From contig NKIB01000241.1 of NCBI GenBank assembly GCA_002256025.1, positions 1 through 34,328 on the forward strand: a stretch of 34,328 nt of DNA, in the 5' to 3' direction. Origin of the DNA: Asterionella formosa (Eukaryota). Position numbers and translations under genes: made by a program. The stretch's first letter is position 1. The number at the start of each line of letters is the position of its first letter. The notes beneath the pieces were generated by a model, which was given only the letters and a program-made list of their open reading frames with translations, did not search any database and had not been told where the DNA came from. Positions 1-11,618 of this stretch are shown here, one piece after another.

Positions 1-199
1 CAAGATCATTTTGACGGGATCAAGGAAAGTGTGAGAAGTCTTGTTTGGGATTACATGAGAAATCAGGCAAGAACAAGACCTAGATAGACTATTAACAGAG
101 AGCTCACAATATTACAAAGTGTAAAGTGAAAATACGTTTTCAGCTTTAGTGATGGTCTTAAAAGTAAGATCTCTGATATTTCAACTAGACAATTTAACA
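1..199 (+). repeat. 3' part of the 5' LTR of copia A (end inferred)
   Basis: Ends GACAATTTAACA, resembling the verified LTR end of element C (GACCATTTCAACA). It is followed by the same type of palindrome and then the gag ATG. No second LTR is in the window to confirm the end. Confidence 0.6.
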
Positions 200-230
200 C
201 ATTTTAAAACGAACCTACAGGTCTAGAGAC

Positions 231-3200
231 ATGGTTACGGCCGATGAGAAATCAGGTGAAACTGTTTGCTTGATCAAGTTTGATGGAAGCGAAACTGCTT
301 GGCATGAGTGGAGTATCAAGACTCTTCAGCTTGCGAAATCTAAAGGATTTAGGCATGTTTATGCCAAAGACACGAAGCCAATCGACGATGATGCCTATTT
401 GGTGTCTACTGATGATGACGAGAAGAAGAAGTACGAGTTGAATGACAAGGCATATCAGCTATTGATTCTTAGTGTCAGTGGGATTGCATTTGGGATTGTG
501 AATTCTGCCAAGACAGATGATTTGATGGATGGAGATGCTTTTCTTGCCTGGCAGTATTTGGAAGATCGATATGCTCCTCATCAAGTTACTGATTTGATTC
601 AGCTAACAGGTGAATTCAACGATTGTACCTTGGAGAGTACTAAAGCAGACCCAGATGAATGGTTCATTGCTCTCGATAACATCAAGAACAGAATGCGTCA
701 AATTGATACATCATTTGAAAAGAAAGAGGTTGAAGTCATTGCGCACATGATGAACAAGTTACCTAAAGAGTACAGTGAAGTCATTACTGTTATTGAAGGA
801 ATGGGTACTATTACTTTATCAGATTTGAAATCTAAAATTCGTGCATTCTACCAAAGGAAGTTCAAGGATCTGAATACCAACGAGATTGCTTTGTGTGCAA
901 ATGGTAAATTCAAGGGACTTTGCAAGAATTGTGGAAAACAAGGACACAAGGCAGCTGACTGCCGATCCAAGAACAATACAGCAGGCGCAAACAAAGAAAC
1001 GAAAGGCAAAGGTGTCAAATGTTTCAATTGCAACAAGTATGCAGGTCACATTGCTAAGGATTGTCCTAAAGAAAAGAAAGAAATTGGAATGTTTGTTGGT
1101 ATTGTTGAAACGATCGAAATCCATGAAGGAAAGTCTGATACAGATGATGATTTTGAAATATTTGACTTGACTACAAACAACAAGACGTTTTTTGACTATG
1201 AATATGTTGAAGACACAAAGGTCTACACTACATGCGAAGAAACAGAATATGCATTTATTGGAATGACAATTGAAATTGTGGATGAAGAGATCAATCAAGC
1301 ACACCATGCAAGTATCAAAAACAGTGAGAGTAAAATTTGCGCATCAAGCGAGGAAAATGAACATTGGTTAGCTGATACAGGCGCAACCAGTCATATTACT
1401 ATGTGCAATAAGTATATGACAAATGTGAAAGCAGTAAATGTACGCGTTGTTGTAGGCGATGGTAAAGAAGTCATTTGCAAGGAACACGGAGATGTCTGCG
1501 TGCGAAACAAAGTGACCAATGAGACACTCTTTCTTACGAATGTCCTTTATACACCTACCTTTCATAAAAAAAATTATCAGCATTGGTAGTTTTGTACGTG
1601 ATGGTAAATACGAACTTGGTATGAAGCACAACAAAATGACTTTGACAAAAGCGGGAAAAACTGAGACGCTAGATTTCAAACGGAATCATTCAGATGTTTT
1701 GTACTATTTCCAAGGAACTCGTGGAATTTACCCAGGTGGGAGTGATATCTTATCTGCAGAGGTCACCACAACGAAATTGACCAGTATGGACATTAATGAA
1801 GCTCACGCTAAATATGGACATATTGGGAAAGCAGCATTGCGGGCGGGCTACTATGAAATCACTTGGTATCAAAATGACAGGTGTGATGTATACATGTGAA
1901 GGATGTGCGCTAGCTAAGGCTAAAGCAAAAAGTGTTCCTAAAATGACTATGAGCAAGGCTACTCAACCGGGCGAAAGTTTGTGCACAGATATCAGCGGTC
2001 CATATAAAAAGTCGATCTTAGAAAACGACTATTGAATCCTTGTTGTTGATGACTACACCGGAAAATCTTGGAGTTTCTTTGTTAAGAAGAAGTCACAACT
2101 TGCTTCAAAGATTGAAGATTTGTTGACTAAACTCAAAACGGCTGAGTATGTTACCAAGTTTCTCCGTTGTGACAATGCAGGTGAAAACGTCTCAGGTTTG
2201 ACAAAAGTATGCAACAAATTCAATATACAAATTGAGTTTACAGCACCCTACACACCACAACAGAATGGAATTGTTGAGCGAAAGTTTGTAACCATTCGTC
2301 AACTAGCATCTGCAGAAATATTTGCTGCAAAATTTAATGATGAATTTCAAGGTTTACTTTGGGCAGAGGCCATCAACACCAACACACGAATCACGAACAT
2401 TGTGGCCACATCTAATGATGGAAAAAGTGCAGATGAGAAGTTTTACAAAAAAGTTCCAATGATTTATGATCATCTAATGCATTTTGGCAGGATCGGATGG
2501 GTGAAAATTGGTGCTAAGAAAACAAATAAACTCGAAGAACAGGCCATTAAATGTGTGATGGTTGGTTATTCTCATGATCATGCTAGAGACACTTACGAAT
2601 GTTTAACCCTCAGACAAGAAAGATTTTAAATAGTCGAAACATTCGCTGGGCTGATTGGCATGGCCAAACAAGTCCAATCGCAGGTTTGAGGGATTTCAAT
2701 GTGGAAGGGGACACAGAAGTGGTTGATATTCCAATTGATGATGGAAAGCAGGACGAAGATGTTCTTCCTGTTGTGCCACCTATCCAGCAGGATATTGATT
2801 TGGAAACACCTGTTCCAGTTGTGAAACAAACAAGATTTCAGCTATCCGAAGCAGTGGGGAAGTTAGGCGATGAGATCAACAAAGATGCTTCGAAGAAGGC
2901 AAAATTGGAACGAGAATTGAAACGCCTTGACGGTTGCAAAGAAGTTACTGGCAAACGCAGTGCTCGGCGCAACTTACAACTAGATGACAAGAACAAAGGA
3001 TCAATTGAAGAAATAGATTATTCTGAAGCGGCCTATCAAGATGATGATGAACTATTTCAAAGTGAAGAAGGAGTAGAGAGGTTCTATGCATATTCTGCAG
3101 CTCTTGCTTCCGATCCTGGGGAGCCAAAGCATTACAAGGAGGCTATGAAAGGAGCCGAGAGCAAGCAGCGGACCGTTGCTATTAAAAATGAAATCAACAA

Positions 3201-3240
3201 TTTCTACAAGCGAAATGTTTGGAAAATGGTTCCTCGTGAC
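231..3240 (+). pseudogene. Disrupted copia gag-pol polyprotein
   Basis: Copia gag; zinc knuckles CKNCGKQGHKAADC and CFNCNKYAGHIAKDC; protease WLADTGATSH; pre-integrase HAKYGH..CEGC; integrase core; RT N-terminus EPKHYKEAM. Frameshifts near 1570 (poly-A), 1846 and 2597, and an in-frame TGA at 2033-2035 where element C has Trp. Confidence 0.92.
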
Positions 3241-3490
3241 GATTGGGCAAACCAATCCTGGCTGTTTGTGATTGGAAATGCCTTTCATACTACTTGGACC
3301 AGATTGGCAGGGCGGGATGTTTGATTCTCTTTTGGGACCAGAAAAAAGCACATTTGATTGATATTCTTTTTTACAGTACTTGCAATTCGCGAACTATAAC
3401 CTCAAACTTACATGTTCACAGCAAAACTTCTTGGTCTTAAAATAAAATAAAACTCTCAACCTTTGTTACAATTGATGGATCGGTTCAATT

Positions 3491-4129
3491 TTAGCTAGGC
3501 GGGAACGACGTTCTGATAAGGCTGCTGAAATTGAAGATTCTTGATAGCCTCGTATGGACAAGCGAGTTTTGAACCGAATTACGACCTTTGTAGTGATTGA
3601 GTTCATTGACCAATTGATAATATCCTTTGGCAAGTGCAAAATCTTTTTCCCTCAGTTTGTCATGTACTTGTTGGTCTGTGCGATTAGAAAATTTATGATA
3701 TGGCACCATGTCGTCCATCTGCATCCGGGAGTTATTAATGGTATCATTGACAGGAGCCATTTTTCTTGTATCAACAACTGAAAAAGAAACGTCATTGTCG
3801 CTGTCAGCATCAATTAGGGGACCCTTTGTACTAGTAGCTGATGGTATCCCCAGCGATGATGGGGTAGTACCCCCACTATCTCCCTGTTGCCGATTGGGTT
3901 CCTTTGGAAAATTGCCTATTCGCTTTTTCTTTGTTAACTCATTTTGGTACTTGCTTCTTTGTTCCATACCGGCGGTATTTGCCACATGTCGCTTGTCGCC
4001 GTGAATCTCTTTATGGTTTTTTGAATACATTGCTTGTACAACTAGATAACTGTTGTCATTCACTTCCTTAAAGTTCGATGATCTTAAAATCAGGTGTTGC
4101 AAGCTACAATGAAATGAATCATCAGCCAC
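3491..4129 (-). CDS. Hypothetical ORF, 212 aa, no recognisable domain; may be TE cargo or spurious
   Basis: Open frame only, with a GTG start; lies between TE fragments. Confidence 0.2.
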   Translation of the reverse strand: MADDSFHCSLQHLILRSSNFKEVNDNSYLVVQAMYSKNHKEIHGDKRHVANTAGMEQRSKYQNELTKKKRIGNFPKEPNRQQGDSGGTTPSSLGIPSATSTKGPLIDADSDNDVSFSVVDTRKMAPVNDTINNSRMQMDDMVPYHKFSNRTDQQVHDKLREKDFALAKGYYQLVNELNHYKGRNSVQNSLVHTRLSRIFNFSSLIRTSFPPS

Positions 4130-4253
4130 TACATATAATTTTTTATGCTGTCTAGATATGATAACATAAAACCAACAGTGCTATATACATTATCATATAC
4201 AAAATCAGAACCGAGTTTGAGTAATAGCATATCTTGTTTTCAATTATACAATT

Positions 4254-4680
4254 ATACAATCCTAAAAATGTGATGATTTACTGTTCCGCTGCAATAGCAG
4301 CAGTCATGAACATATGGTGTTCTGTTGCTTGCTTACTGCTCTGACCATCCTTTTTCAATTTTATGATCATACAATCCTAAAACTATGATGATTTACTGTC
4401 CCACAGCAGTAGCATCAGTCATGAACATATGGTGTTCTGTTGCTTGCTTACTACTCCGACTATCCTTTTTCATTTTTATGATCATATGATCCTGAAACTA
4501 TGATGCTTTTTTTTCGCTGCAGTAGCAGCAGTCATGAACATATGGTGCTCTGTTGCTCGCTTACTGCTCTGACCATCCTTTTTCAATTTTATGATCATAC
4601 AATCCTAAAACTATGATGATTTACTGTCCCACAGCAGTAGCAACAGTCATGAACATATGGTGTTCTGTTGCTCACTTACT
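4254..4680. repeat. Tandem repeat, ~115-bp unit, ~3.7 copies
   Basis: GTCATGAACATATGG recurs at 4303, 4418, 4531 and 4646 (spacings 115/113/115). Confidence 0.95.
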
Positions 4681-5723
4681 ACCTGCAGCGGTATACTGTT
4701 GTATCGTGGGAATCCCCTTTAACTGTGCAATTAGACCAGGAATAGGGGATTAGTGCTGATCGACTGAGACACACTGTCTCGGAATAGTGGACAAAAGACT
4801 ACCAACATTGTTCACGGGAGCCTTTGATCACCATGCCCTTTGAATCGCCTTCCCATACAAGCAAGCTGCACACTTTGGGATTCAAGCCCTCAAAAGCTTT
4901 CTAGGCAGATATCCACTCATGGACATGACATGCAATTGCTCGAAAAGGAAGATGATTCAGTTTATAGTGCTAGAGCAGCAGTGTGGCAGTAGTTGATAAG
5001 GAGTCCTCATCCTCAATCATGTTGCTGGGAAGTTTTGCATCATGAAGTGCCAGCTGTGTTACAAACTCATGAATAGGACCCCGAGAACTGGTGAGCGGCA
5101 GAACCGAATTCGGTTTGTTGTAAGTTTCTGAAGTCTTCTTCCAACTGAGGGTCCGATTATCTTCTAGATCAAAAGGGAGGGAGGCTTTCCTATGTTTTTC
5201 CTCATCCCCAGAGTCCTCGTCATCAGTAACAGTATTCATATTAAATCATAACATGTTAGATTCGACCCTGTCATCTTGCAGAACATTTCGGCAGCTCATA
5301 AACCGCGCGCTTCATTCCTGACGCAGATCGAAAAATAGCCACATTTGTTCCTGGGTCCAAGGGCACGCTTCTTGTCGCATAGTTCCCATGATTCCAATGC
5401 AGTACCACCTTGTCATCATATGCGGCACACCAGGTGCCTTTGATATTCTTATCATTTGCGGTTTGACTCCAATGTTGTGGAGAAAACATCTGGCATGGTG
5501 CCTTAGGGGCATATAGCATGCCTGGAATGACAAAAGCATGGATTCGCCCAGCATCGTCTTCAAACTTCAAATGAACTGTTCTCTTATGAGTGATTAAGAT
5601 GGGGCCTCCAATGCCATTTATCTGAGCTTTCACCTTGCTGGGTGTCCCTATGAAATCAGCAAAACAATTTGTAATGCACTTGGAACAGCAATTGTCGATC
5701 ATGATGGGGAAACTATCTGAGTC

Positions 5724-5845
5724 AAAAGGCACATGAGGAGCAGGCAATTGGCTGGCCGACGTCATGCCAACAATTGAGGTGCAAAAAAGGCACATGAGGA
5801 GCAGGCAATTGGCTGGCCGACATCATGTCAACAATTGAGGTGCAA
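5724..5845. repeat. 61-bp tandem duplication inside copia B, causing a frameshift just before the protease
   Basis: AAAAGGCACATGAGGAGCAGGCAATTGGCTGGCCGAC..CAATTGAGGTGCAA occurs at 5724 and 5785. Confidence 0.95.
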
Positions 5846-6641
5846 GCAATCAAATGGCGAGCAACCTGATATCTAGGTCGATGTCCTGTGGATCTCCGGG
5901 TAGTATTCCTGGAGACACCATTGGCTCTTGATGAGCATAGCAGAAAATCCCAACTCAAAAGTTATCTATAAGCTCCTCCCTGTTGATATCCCAGCTGTCT
6001 GTGCCACCAGCATATAAGTCGTCTATTCTGCTTGGGGGTATAAATGCATTTCTCAGGATTTTCACTAAATACTAACAAGCAGGTCCACATCATGATCACA
6101 GCCAACAAAACTATCCATCCACAAGGAAGGTATTCACTCAACAAATCCACGAAACTGAGAAGGGTCAACAGGGGAAGAATAACTTGAGTAGTAACATAAT
6201 TAGCCTCTCCAATTCATTTATCATCCCCTGGCCACTTCCCTATTCCATGCTGTCACCACCATTATCTTCATCCCGAGCATTATTGGAACCTTCATCATCA
6301 TCTTCCATTATTGTATTGTATGCCGCAGAAAGAGCTAGAGCTTTCTTGACCTTGTTACATTGCTTGTGTGGATCCTTGGGGACAGGGCGCACTTCATCTT
6401 TAATGTTGCACTCAGCAAGAGTGAGAACAGTTCAAGATGCATGATTAATACACCAGTGATACGACTTGCCATCAAAGATTTTGGATTTTGCATCTCCCTC
6501 AGCTGGGGGAACCAATTTCCAGGCCCATTTCTTTGCCACCTTGGCTTTGCGGGATTTCTCTTTCTTTTCAGCTGCCGCATCCTTGTTGTTTTTCTTAAAA
6601 TACTCCAACTTTGCAGTCAAAGCTATGATTTGAGCATCGGC

Positions 6642-7471
6642 NNNNNNNNNNNNNNNNNNNNNNNNNNNNNNNNNNNNNNNNNNNNNNNNNNNNNNNNNNN
6701 NNNNNNNNNNNNNNNNNNNNNNNNNNNNNNNNNNNNNNNNNNNNNNNNNNNNNNNNNNNNNNNNNNNNNNNNNNNNNNNNNNNNNNNNNNNNNNNNNNNN
6801 NNNNNNNNNNNNNNNNNNNNNNNNNNNNNNNNNNNNNNNNNNNNNNNNNNNNNNNNNNNNNNNNNNNNNNNNNNNNNNNNNNNNNNNNNNNNNNNNNNNN
6901 NNNNNNNNNNNNNNNNNNNNNNNNNNNNNNNNNNNNNNNNNNNNNNNNNNNNNNNNNNNNNNNNNNNNNNNNNNNNNNNNNNNNNNNNNNNNNNNNNNNN
7001 NNNNNNNNNNNNNNNNNNNNNNNNNNNNNNNNNNNNNNNNNNNNNNNNNNNNNNNNNNNNNNNNNNNNNNNNNNNNNNNNNNNNNNNNNNNNNNNNNNNN
7101 NNNNNNNNNNNNNNNNNNNNNNNNNNNNNNNNNNNNNNNNNNNNNNNNNNNNNNNNNNNNNNNNNNNNNNNNNNNNNNNNNNNNNNNNNNNNNNNNNNNN
7201 NNNNNNNNNNNNNNNNNNNNNNNNNNNNNNNNNNNNNNNNNNNNNNNNNNNNNNNNNNNNNNNNNNNNNNNNNNNNNNNNNNNNNNNNNNNNNNNNNNNN
7301 NNNNNNNNNNNNNNNNNNNNNNNNNNNNNNNNNNNNNNNNNNNNNNNNNNNNNNNNNNNNNNNNNNNNNNNNNNNNNNNNNNNNNNNNNNNNNNNNNNNN
7401 NNNNNNNNNNNNNNNNNNNNNNNNNNNNNNNNNNNNNNNNNNNNNNNNNNNNNNNNNNNNNNNNNNNNNNN
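6642..7471. other. Assembly gap (N run)
   Basis: Ns in the sequence. Confidence 1.
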
Positions 7472-7980
7472 AGGCGTAGACTTCCAGTATCACCATCAAA
7501 GGTGTGAGTCAACCTCTCAGTTGCCGACTTGTAAAGCTTCATGCCTTCGCTTTTTGCATAATCGACAGGGTCAGGATTTGCAAGAGCTGGAGTCAATACA
7601 AACACGAAAAGTGGAGGAGCAACAGCGGTTATGGTACCCCAAAAGGTTCTGGGGGTGCAATGTTCTGATCAATACAAGCCTTATGAATTTCACTCTTTTT
7701 CTTCAAGGTGGATGTCCTTGAATGCGACGGGGTCAATGTGAAATGATAGACATTTGTCTGAGCGACATACGTCTCAGTTAGCGCAGGGGAAGCGTGTGGG
7801 CATTGCAATGCAAAGCTGGTGTAGGCGATGCAACAATTATCGAATATAACTATGGTGAACAAATGAAGTTGATCAAGTTGTACCTTTATCATTATTGTAA
7901 GATCTATAAACTGTTGTTGCTGAACAGGTAGCCATCGTTCAACAACTCCACATAGCAAAAACGGTCATCGCCAACACCAT

Positions 7981-8535
7981 TCAACGCAGAATTGGAACAT
8001 GCAAATAACCGCAATGAAGGCGAGAATTGAGTCGAAAAATCCATCCAACTGCAACTCTCAATCTTGAATGCAGGGATGAACATTGCCCAGGTCCGCAGCA
8101 TGAAGATACATCATATACTTTGAAATAAGATGGTTGGCGTTGCAACGGATCAGACAGTATCTGATCCAACCTAAATAAAAAGCACCCAGTCGAAAGAAAT
8201 GAATTCGAATCAAATAATGAACCGATGACTGTCAAAACACAGATCGATCGGAACCCAGAGAATGCTGCCAACCACACCATAGGAGCAGTGCATGCGCCCA
8301 AAAGAAAACTGTATCTCACAGTTTCCTCTGAACCAGCGACGATGGCGGCGATCGATTTTTCTTCTTTCCAATCGCTTATGTGTTTGCTGGTCGGATCAAG
8401 GTCAGCTAGTGAAATACTTAGCAGTAGCTGTTTGTCATCAGAAGGAATGGGAATACTTGTGTTGACATCACTGGTAATATTGTCGCAAAATGATGAAGCC
8501 TGTAAATCTGTCATTTTGACATCATTTGCATTCAT
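7981..8535 (-). CDS. Hypothetical, possibly degenerate or spliced ORF
   Basis: ATG-initiated 184-aa frame with no recognised domain. Confidence 0.2.
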   Translation of the reverse strand: MNANDVKMTDLQASSFCDNITSDVNTSIPIPSDDKQLLLSISLADLDPTSKHISDWKEEKSIAAIVAGSEETVRYSFLLGACTAPMVWLAAFSGFRSICVLTVIGSLFDSNSFLSTGCFLFRLDQILSDPLQRQPSYFKVYDVSSCCGPGQCSSLHSRLRVAVGWIFRLNSRLHCGYLHVPILR

Positions 8536-8774
8536 TTTTTAATTGGTGAGATAGTTCCCTAAGTTGCATCTTGCCCAATATCGGCCAGTCAGGGTAATTT
8601 TCTCTATGGTATCGGTAATCCGCCATGTTGGAGAGGAGAAACCGCTTGGAGAAGCGCTACAGGAGGTTCCAGTAGACGTTGGTACTTCGGATTTGATTAA
8701 TTACTTAGGGCGTGCACATTTTTTACTACTAAAATTATAAACTTGTCCCAGAATTAGTTTCAAGTCTTGAATTG

Positions 8775-9720
8775 CTGGCCTCAATCAGCTCCATATGAAT
8801 GATTTTTTTGGTGGAAGGTAGTACTTTGCAATGAGAGAAACAGTCATTGAATGGGAGTAAGGATTTTTGGGCCCATTCCCATTGACACTAAATGTTGGGG
8901 ACACACAGCAAATGAATTTCGAAAATGGCCATGTTGGTCCATCCTGGATGTCACTGAAATAAAGAGAAGCAACACGACATGACATGATTCAATTAGGGAT
9001 TACCTCTACCAATGAAAGAAATCGTTCCGCCTTGTTGGAATTAGACCTGAAAACAAAAGGAATCAAAACCCAAGGAAAAAACAAGAAGGAACTAGTTCAA
9101 CTGTGTGTTTTGCATGAAATTGCTACAGTCACAAATGCTGAAAATTTTCGTTAAGGATAGGAAGGAAGAGCAAAGGGTTTGCAGCAAGGTCCTTGGGAAA
9201 GAGGATTCATTGACAGCACAAATGTAAACAAACATACACTTACTGGGAAGAGAGAACTCGGAATTGTCAACAATGTCAACAGCTTGAGACACATCATGGG
9301 AGGGTGTGCTGCCTTATTAAATGAAGAGGGAATTCTGGACTATATTGCAACCAAGATTGGCATCATGGTCCTTAGTAGGGGAAGGGATAGAGTAAATGTA
9401 GGCTTGTTCCAAAAGTGCATACCGAAATTTGAGCTTGAAAGAGAAGAAGGGGAAGGAAAACTTCAATGCAGTGTGTGCCATTGTATTTCAGAGCAAATCA
9501 TCACAGTTCAAAGAATACGAAAGTTCCCACAGCATGCTCGTCAATACCTAATGGCTTACTACCATGCCATTGATTCTGGTCAAGCAAGTTGGCTGACCAA
9601 CAGACTCAACAAGGCTATTCCAAATATGGCCCTGTGGCATTGACAAGGCTCATAAATGAGTTCAAGACACATCAATGTGCCTTTGACTTTGACAACAAGT
9701 TCGTTTGGAGTGTGATGAAT
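8775..9720 (+). pseudogene. Decayed IS630/Tc1/mariner-like DDE transposase, C-terminal half (copy 1)
   Basis: Manual translation across stops and frameshifts: GLNQLHMNDFFGGR..MRETVI..GFLGPFP.TLNVGDTQQM.F..GPSWM; EGRAKGLQQ..WERGFID; SLRHIMG; GEGIE*M*ACSKSAYRNL..KKGKENF; RIRKF..ARQYLMAY; FKTHQCAFDFD. Superfamily assignment is from recalled motif similarity. Confidence 0.75.
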
Positions 9721-9961
9721 GATGGTTGATGGTCTTGAGTTTCCTGTTGCATCAATTCTTTTACCCACTACATAGCTGTAAATCGTAATATAGAAATTTC
9801 ATTTAGACTAAACACATCGCATACTATATCTATGGTGGCCCAGCCATAATTGAGTCTATGCATGTATGATTCGAGAATTGATCAACACATAGCACGTATC
9901 ATGACCTTGTATGTATGAGTACAAGAACTGTAAACAGACATACAACGGTGTTGACTACCCG

Positions 9962-10122
9962 NNNNNNNNNNNNNNNNNNNNNNNNNNNNNNNNNNNNNNN
10001 NNNNNNNNNNNNNNNNNNNNNNNNNNNNNNNNNNNNNNNNNNNNNNNNNNNNNNNNNNNNNNNNNNNNNNNNNNNNNNNNNNNNNNNNNNNNNNNNNNNN
10101 NNNNNNNNNNNNNNNNNNNNNN
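9962..10122. other. Assembly gap (N run)
   Basis: Ns in the sequence. Confidence 1.
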
Positions 10123-10646
10123 GAATCCGAATTGGGATCTGTTAACAGGTACGGAGTACGAGTACCGGTACATAGTTTCCGTGGCTTGTTTGATAAGGAG
10201 CCCACGACTGCATTTTCGCTGCACGCACAACTGCTCCCTGCTGCCCGACGGAGGCGAAGATTCGTTCTTCAAGAATCGCACGTAGTACAGTACCTGGTAC
10301 CCTGGTACCTGTATTTACAGAAATCGAGGTAGTGCGTATGAATATACCTGTCATATGTACTGGTTGTCGAGAGACGAGGGGCAGCATCAGTGTTCCAATG
10401 CACGACAACCATTAGTGTCCACACACGCATACATTATGTCAGTCAACAAAGGAGGCGACAGATAAGTGAGTCCAGTTCTCATACTAAATTATGTACTAAT
10501 GAATATAGCGGTAATCATCATACTTTCACTCAATCACAAATTCCAACAACGAACTGAAGCGAATCGTCCTTCACGTCTGACCTAATAACAGCAAAGGAGC
10601 GATATGCAAGTAAGAGTATTCTCCAAAAGACAGAAAGCAAGCAACG

Positions 10647-11156
10647 ATGACACCCGCTCATCACGAAGAACTGAACAACAATGGAAGCGATGAAATGGAC
10701 GTGGCTCTGATGTTCGCAGGACCAATCACAGCTACTTCTTTCAAACTAGACGCCTGGTCCGCTCCTTCGTGTCTGCCTAAAAATCCTCTACCGATGGAAC
10801 AGAAACAGTTGGCTAACGCAGAGCGACCAACGTCGTGGTATCATACGTCTGATGATGATGACTCTCAATCGTGTGATTGGTCTGTGGATTCATCGGAGGA
10901 CGACCCTATTGTGGAAGATGCGAATCAGAAGGAAAATATCTCCGAAGAGATTCGGTTTGACTTTCGCTTGAGCCAATCATTGTCTTTTTCGGAAAATGAT
11001 GAATGTCCCTGCAGAGTCCGGTTTTGTAGCAGTATTCGTATTCGACACTATGAAAAGAGTGATCCAGAAGATATGGTCCATCTCTATTACTCAGCCCACG
11101 AGTTGCAGCGAATGATTGATTCCCACAGAGCTGAAGAGGAGACAGTCAGCAACTGA
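10647..11156 (+). CDS. Hypothetical acidic protein with a C-terminal RVRF...LYYS..EL..M motif
   Basis: Clean ATG-to-TGA ORF of 169 aa after an A-rich leader; low-complexity acidic middle; ordered C-terminal motif. Confidence 0.7.
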   Translation: MTPAHHEELNNNGSDEMDVALMFAGPITATSFKLDAWSAPSCLPKNPLPMEQKQLANAERPTSWYHTSDDDDSQSCDWSVDSSEDDPIVEDANQKENISEEIRFDFRLSQSLSFSENDECPCRVRFCSSIRIRHYEKSDPEDMVHLYYSAHELQRMIDSHRAEEETVSN

Positions 11157-11618
11157 GCTTCAGCCGGATTTTGTTGCACTTTAAAACCCGTCTAAAGAAG
11201 GAATGCCAGTGCCCTTCAAACCTTGCAAAATGCACGCAATGACCGAACCTAATTTTGTGGAAATTCCTTGCTCAGCTTGGTGCGCACTTGTCCATAAAAG
11301 TTCAAAACAAAATGGCTCAATCTTAGCAAACCCATAATCATGCTTGCACTTGATCTAGAGCCAAAAAATCATTGACACAGAGTGTAACGAACCAGCTGCA
11401 GTTATGTATGTCTGTAGTGCTAACTAATTACTAATTTCCTGAAAGGATCAAACAGTATCAACTACATTATGACCTTCAATAGATTGCATTAAACATTTAT
11501 CTCGGTAGCTTGTTACAAATAAATATTGATTGCAAACTATTTGGGTTGGCCGATACCGAGACCATAACAAAAGTTATTCACTTAGCTTTACAGGGACTAC
11601 CGGTAGTCATAAAAGTCG

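Larger units (their letters stand above)
1..3240 (+). mobile_element. Ty1/copia LTR retrotransposon A; 5' LTR runs off the window start, element truncated at the start of RT
   Basis: Domain order gag-PR-INT-RT start. Homologous throughout to element C (e.g. ISGPY.KS, FLRCDNAGEN, FTAPYTPQQNGIVER, QGLLWAEA). Homology stops after WKMVPR at ~3240. Confidence 0.93.
4681..7620 (-). mobile_element. Ty1/copia (CoDi-type) relic B: gag, protease, pre-integrase, start of integrase; truncated
   Basis: Gag N-terminus FVLTPALANPDPVDY..EG.KLYKSAT; gag C-terminus WAWKLVPP..KSYHWCINH; protease FDSDSFPIMIDNCCSKCITN...SPQHWSQ; HYKLNHLPF...CAACLYGKA; integrase start RQCVSVDQ.*SPIPGLIAQLKGIPT ending at ~4681. 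Many stops. Confidence 0.88.

Noticed and set aside
819..1307. Antisense and overlapping short ORFs across the TEs and host genes
   Set aside because: Shadows of the real coding frames, with no independent motifs.
1560..1590. Programmed frameshift at the A8 run in copia A
   Set aside because: It falls inside the protease region, and the related element C is continuous there. More likely a homopolymer indel.
4254..4680. CRISPR-like array
   Set aside because: Whole units are repeated with no unique spacers, there are no cas genes, and the context is eukaryotic.
6360..7721. Long ORFs spanning the N runs (also 9882-10285)
   Set aside because: Artefacts of translating through assembly gaps.
8706..8725. 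hAT-like terminus TAGGGCGTGCAC
   Set aside because: No partner inverted repeat or TSD seen in the window.
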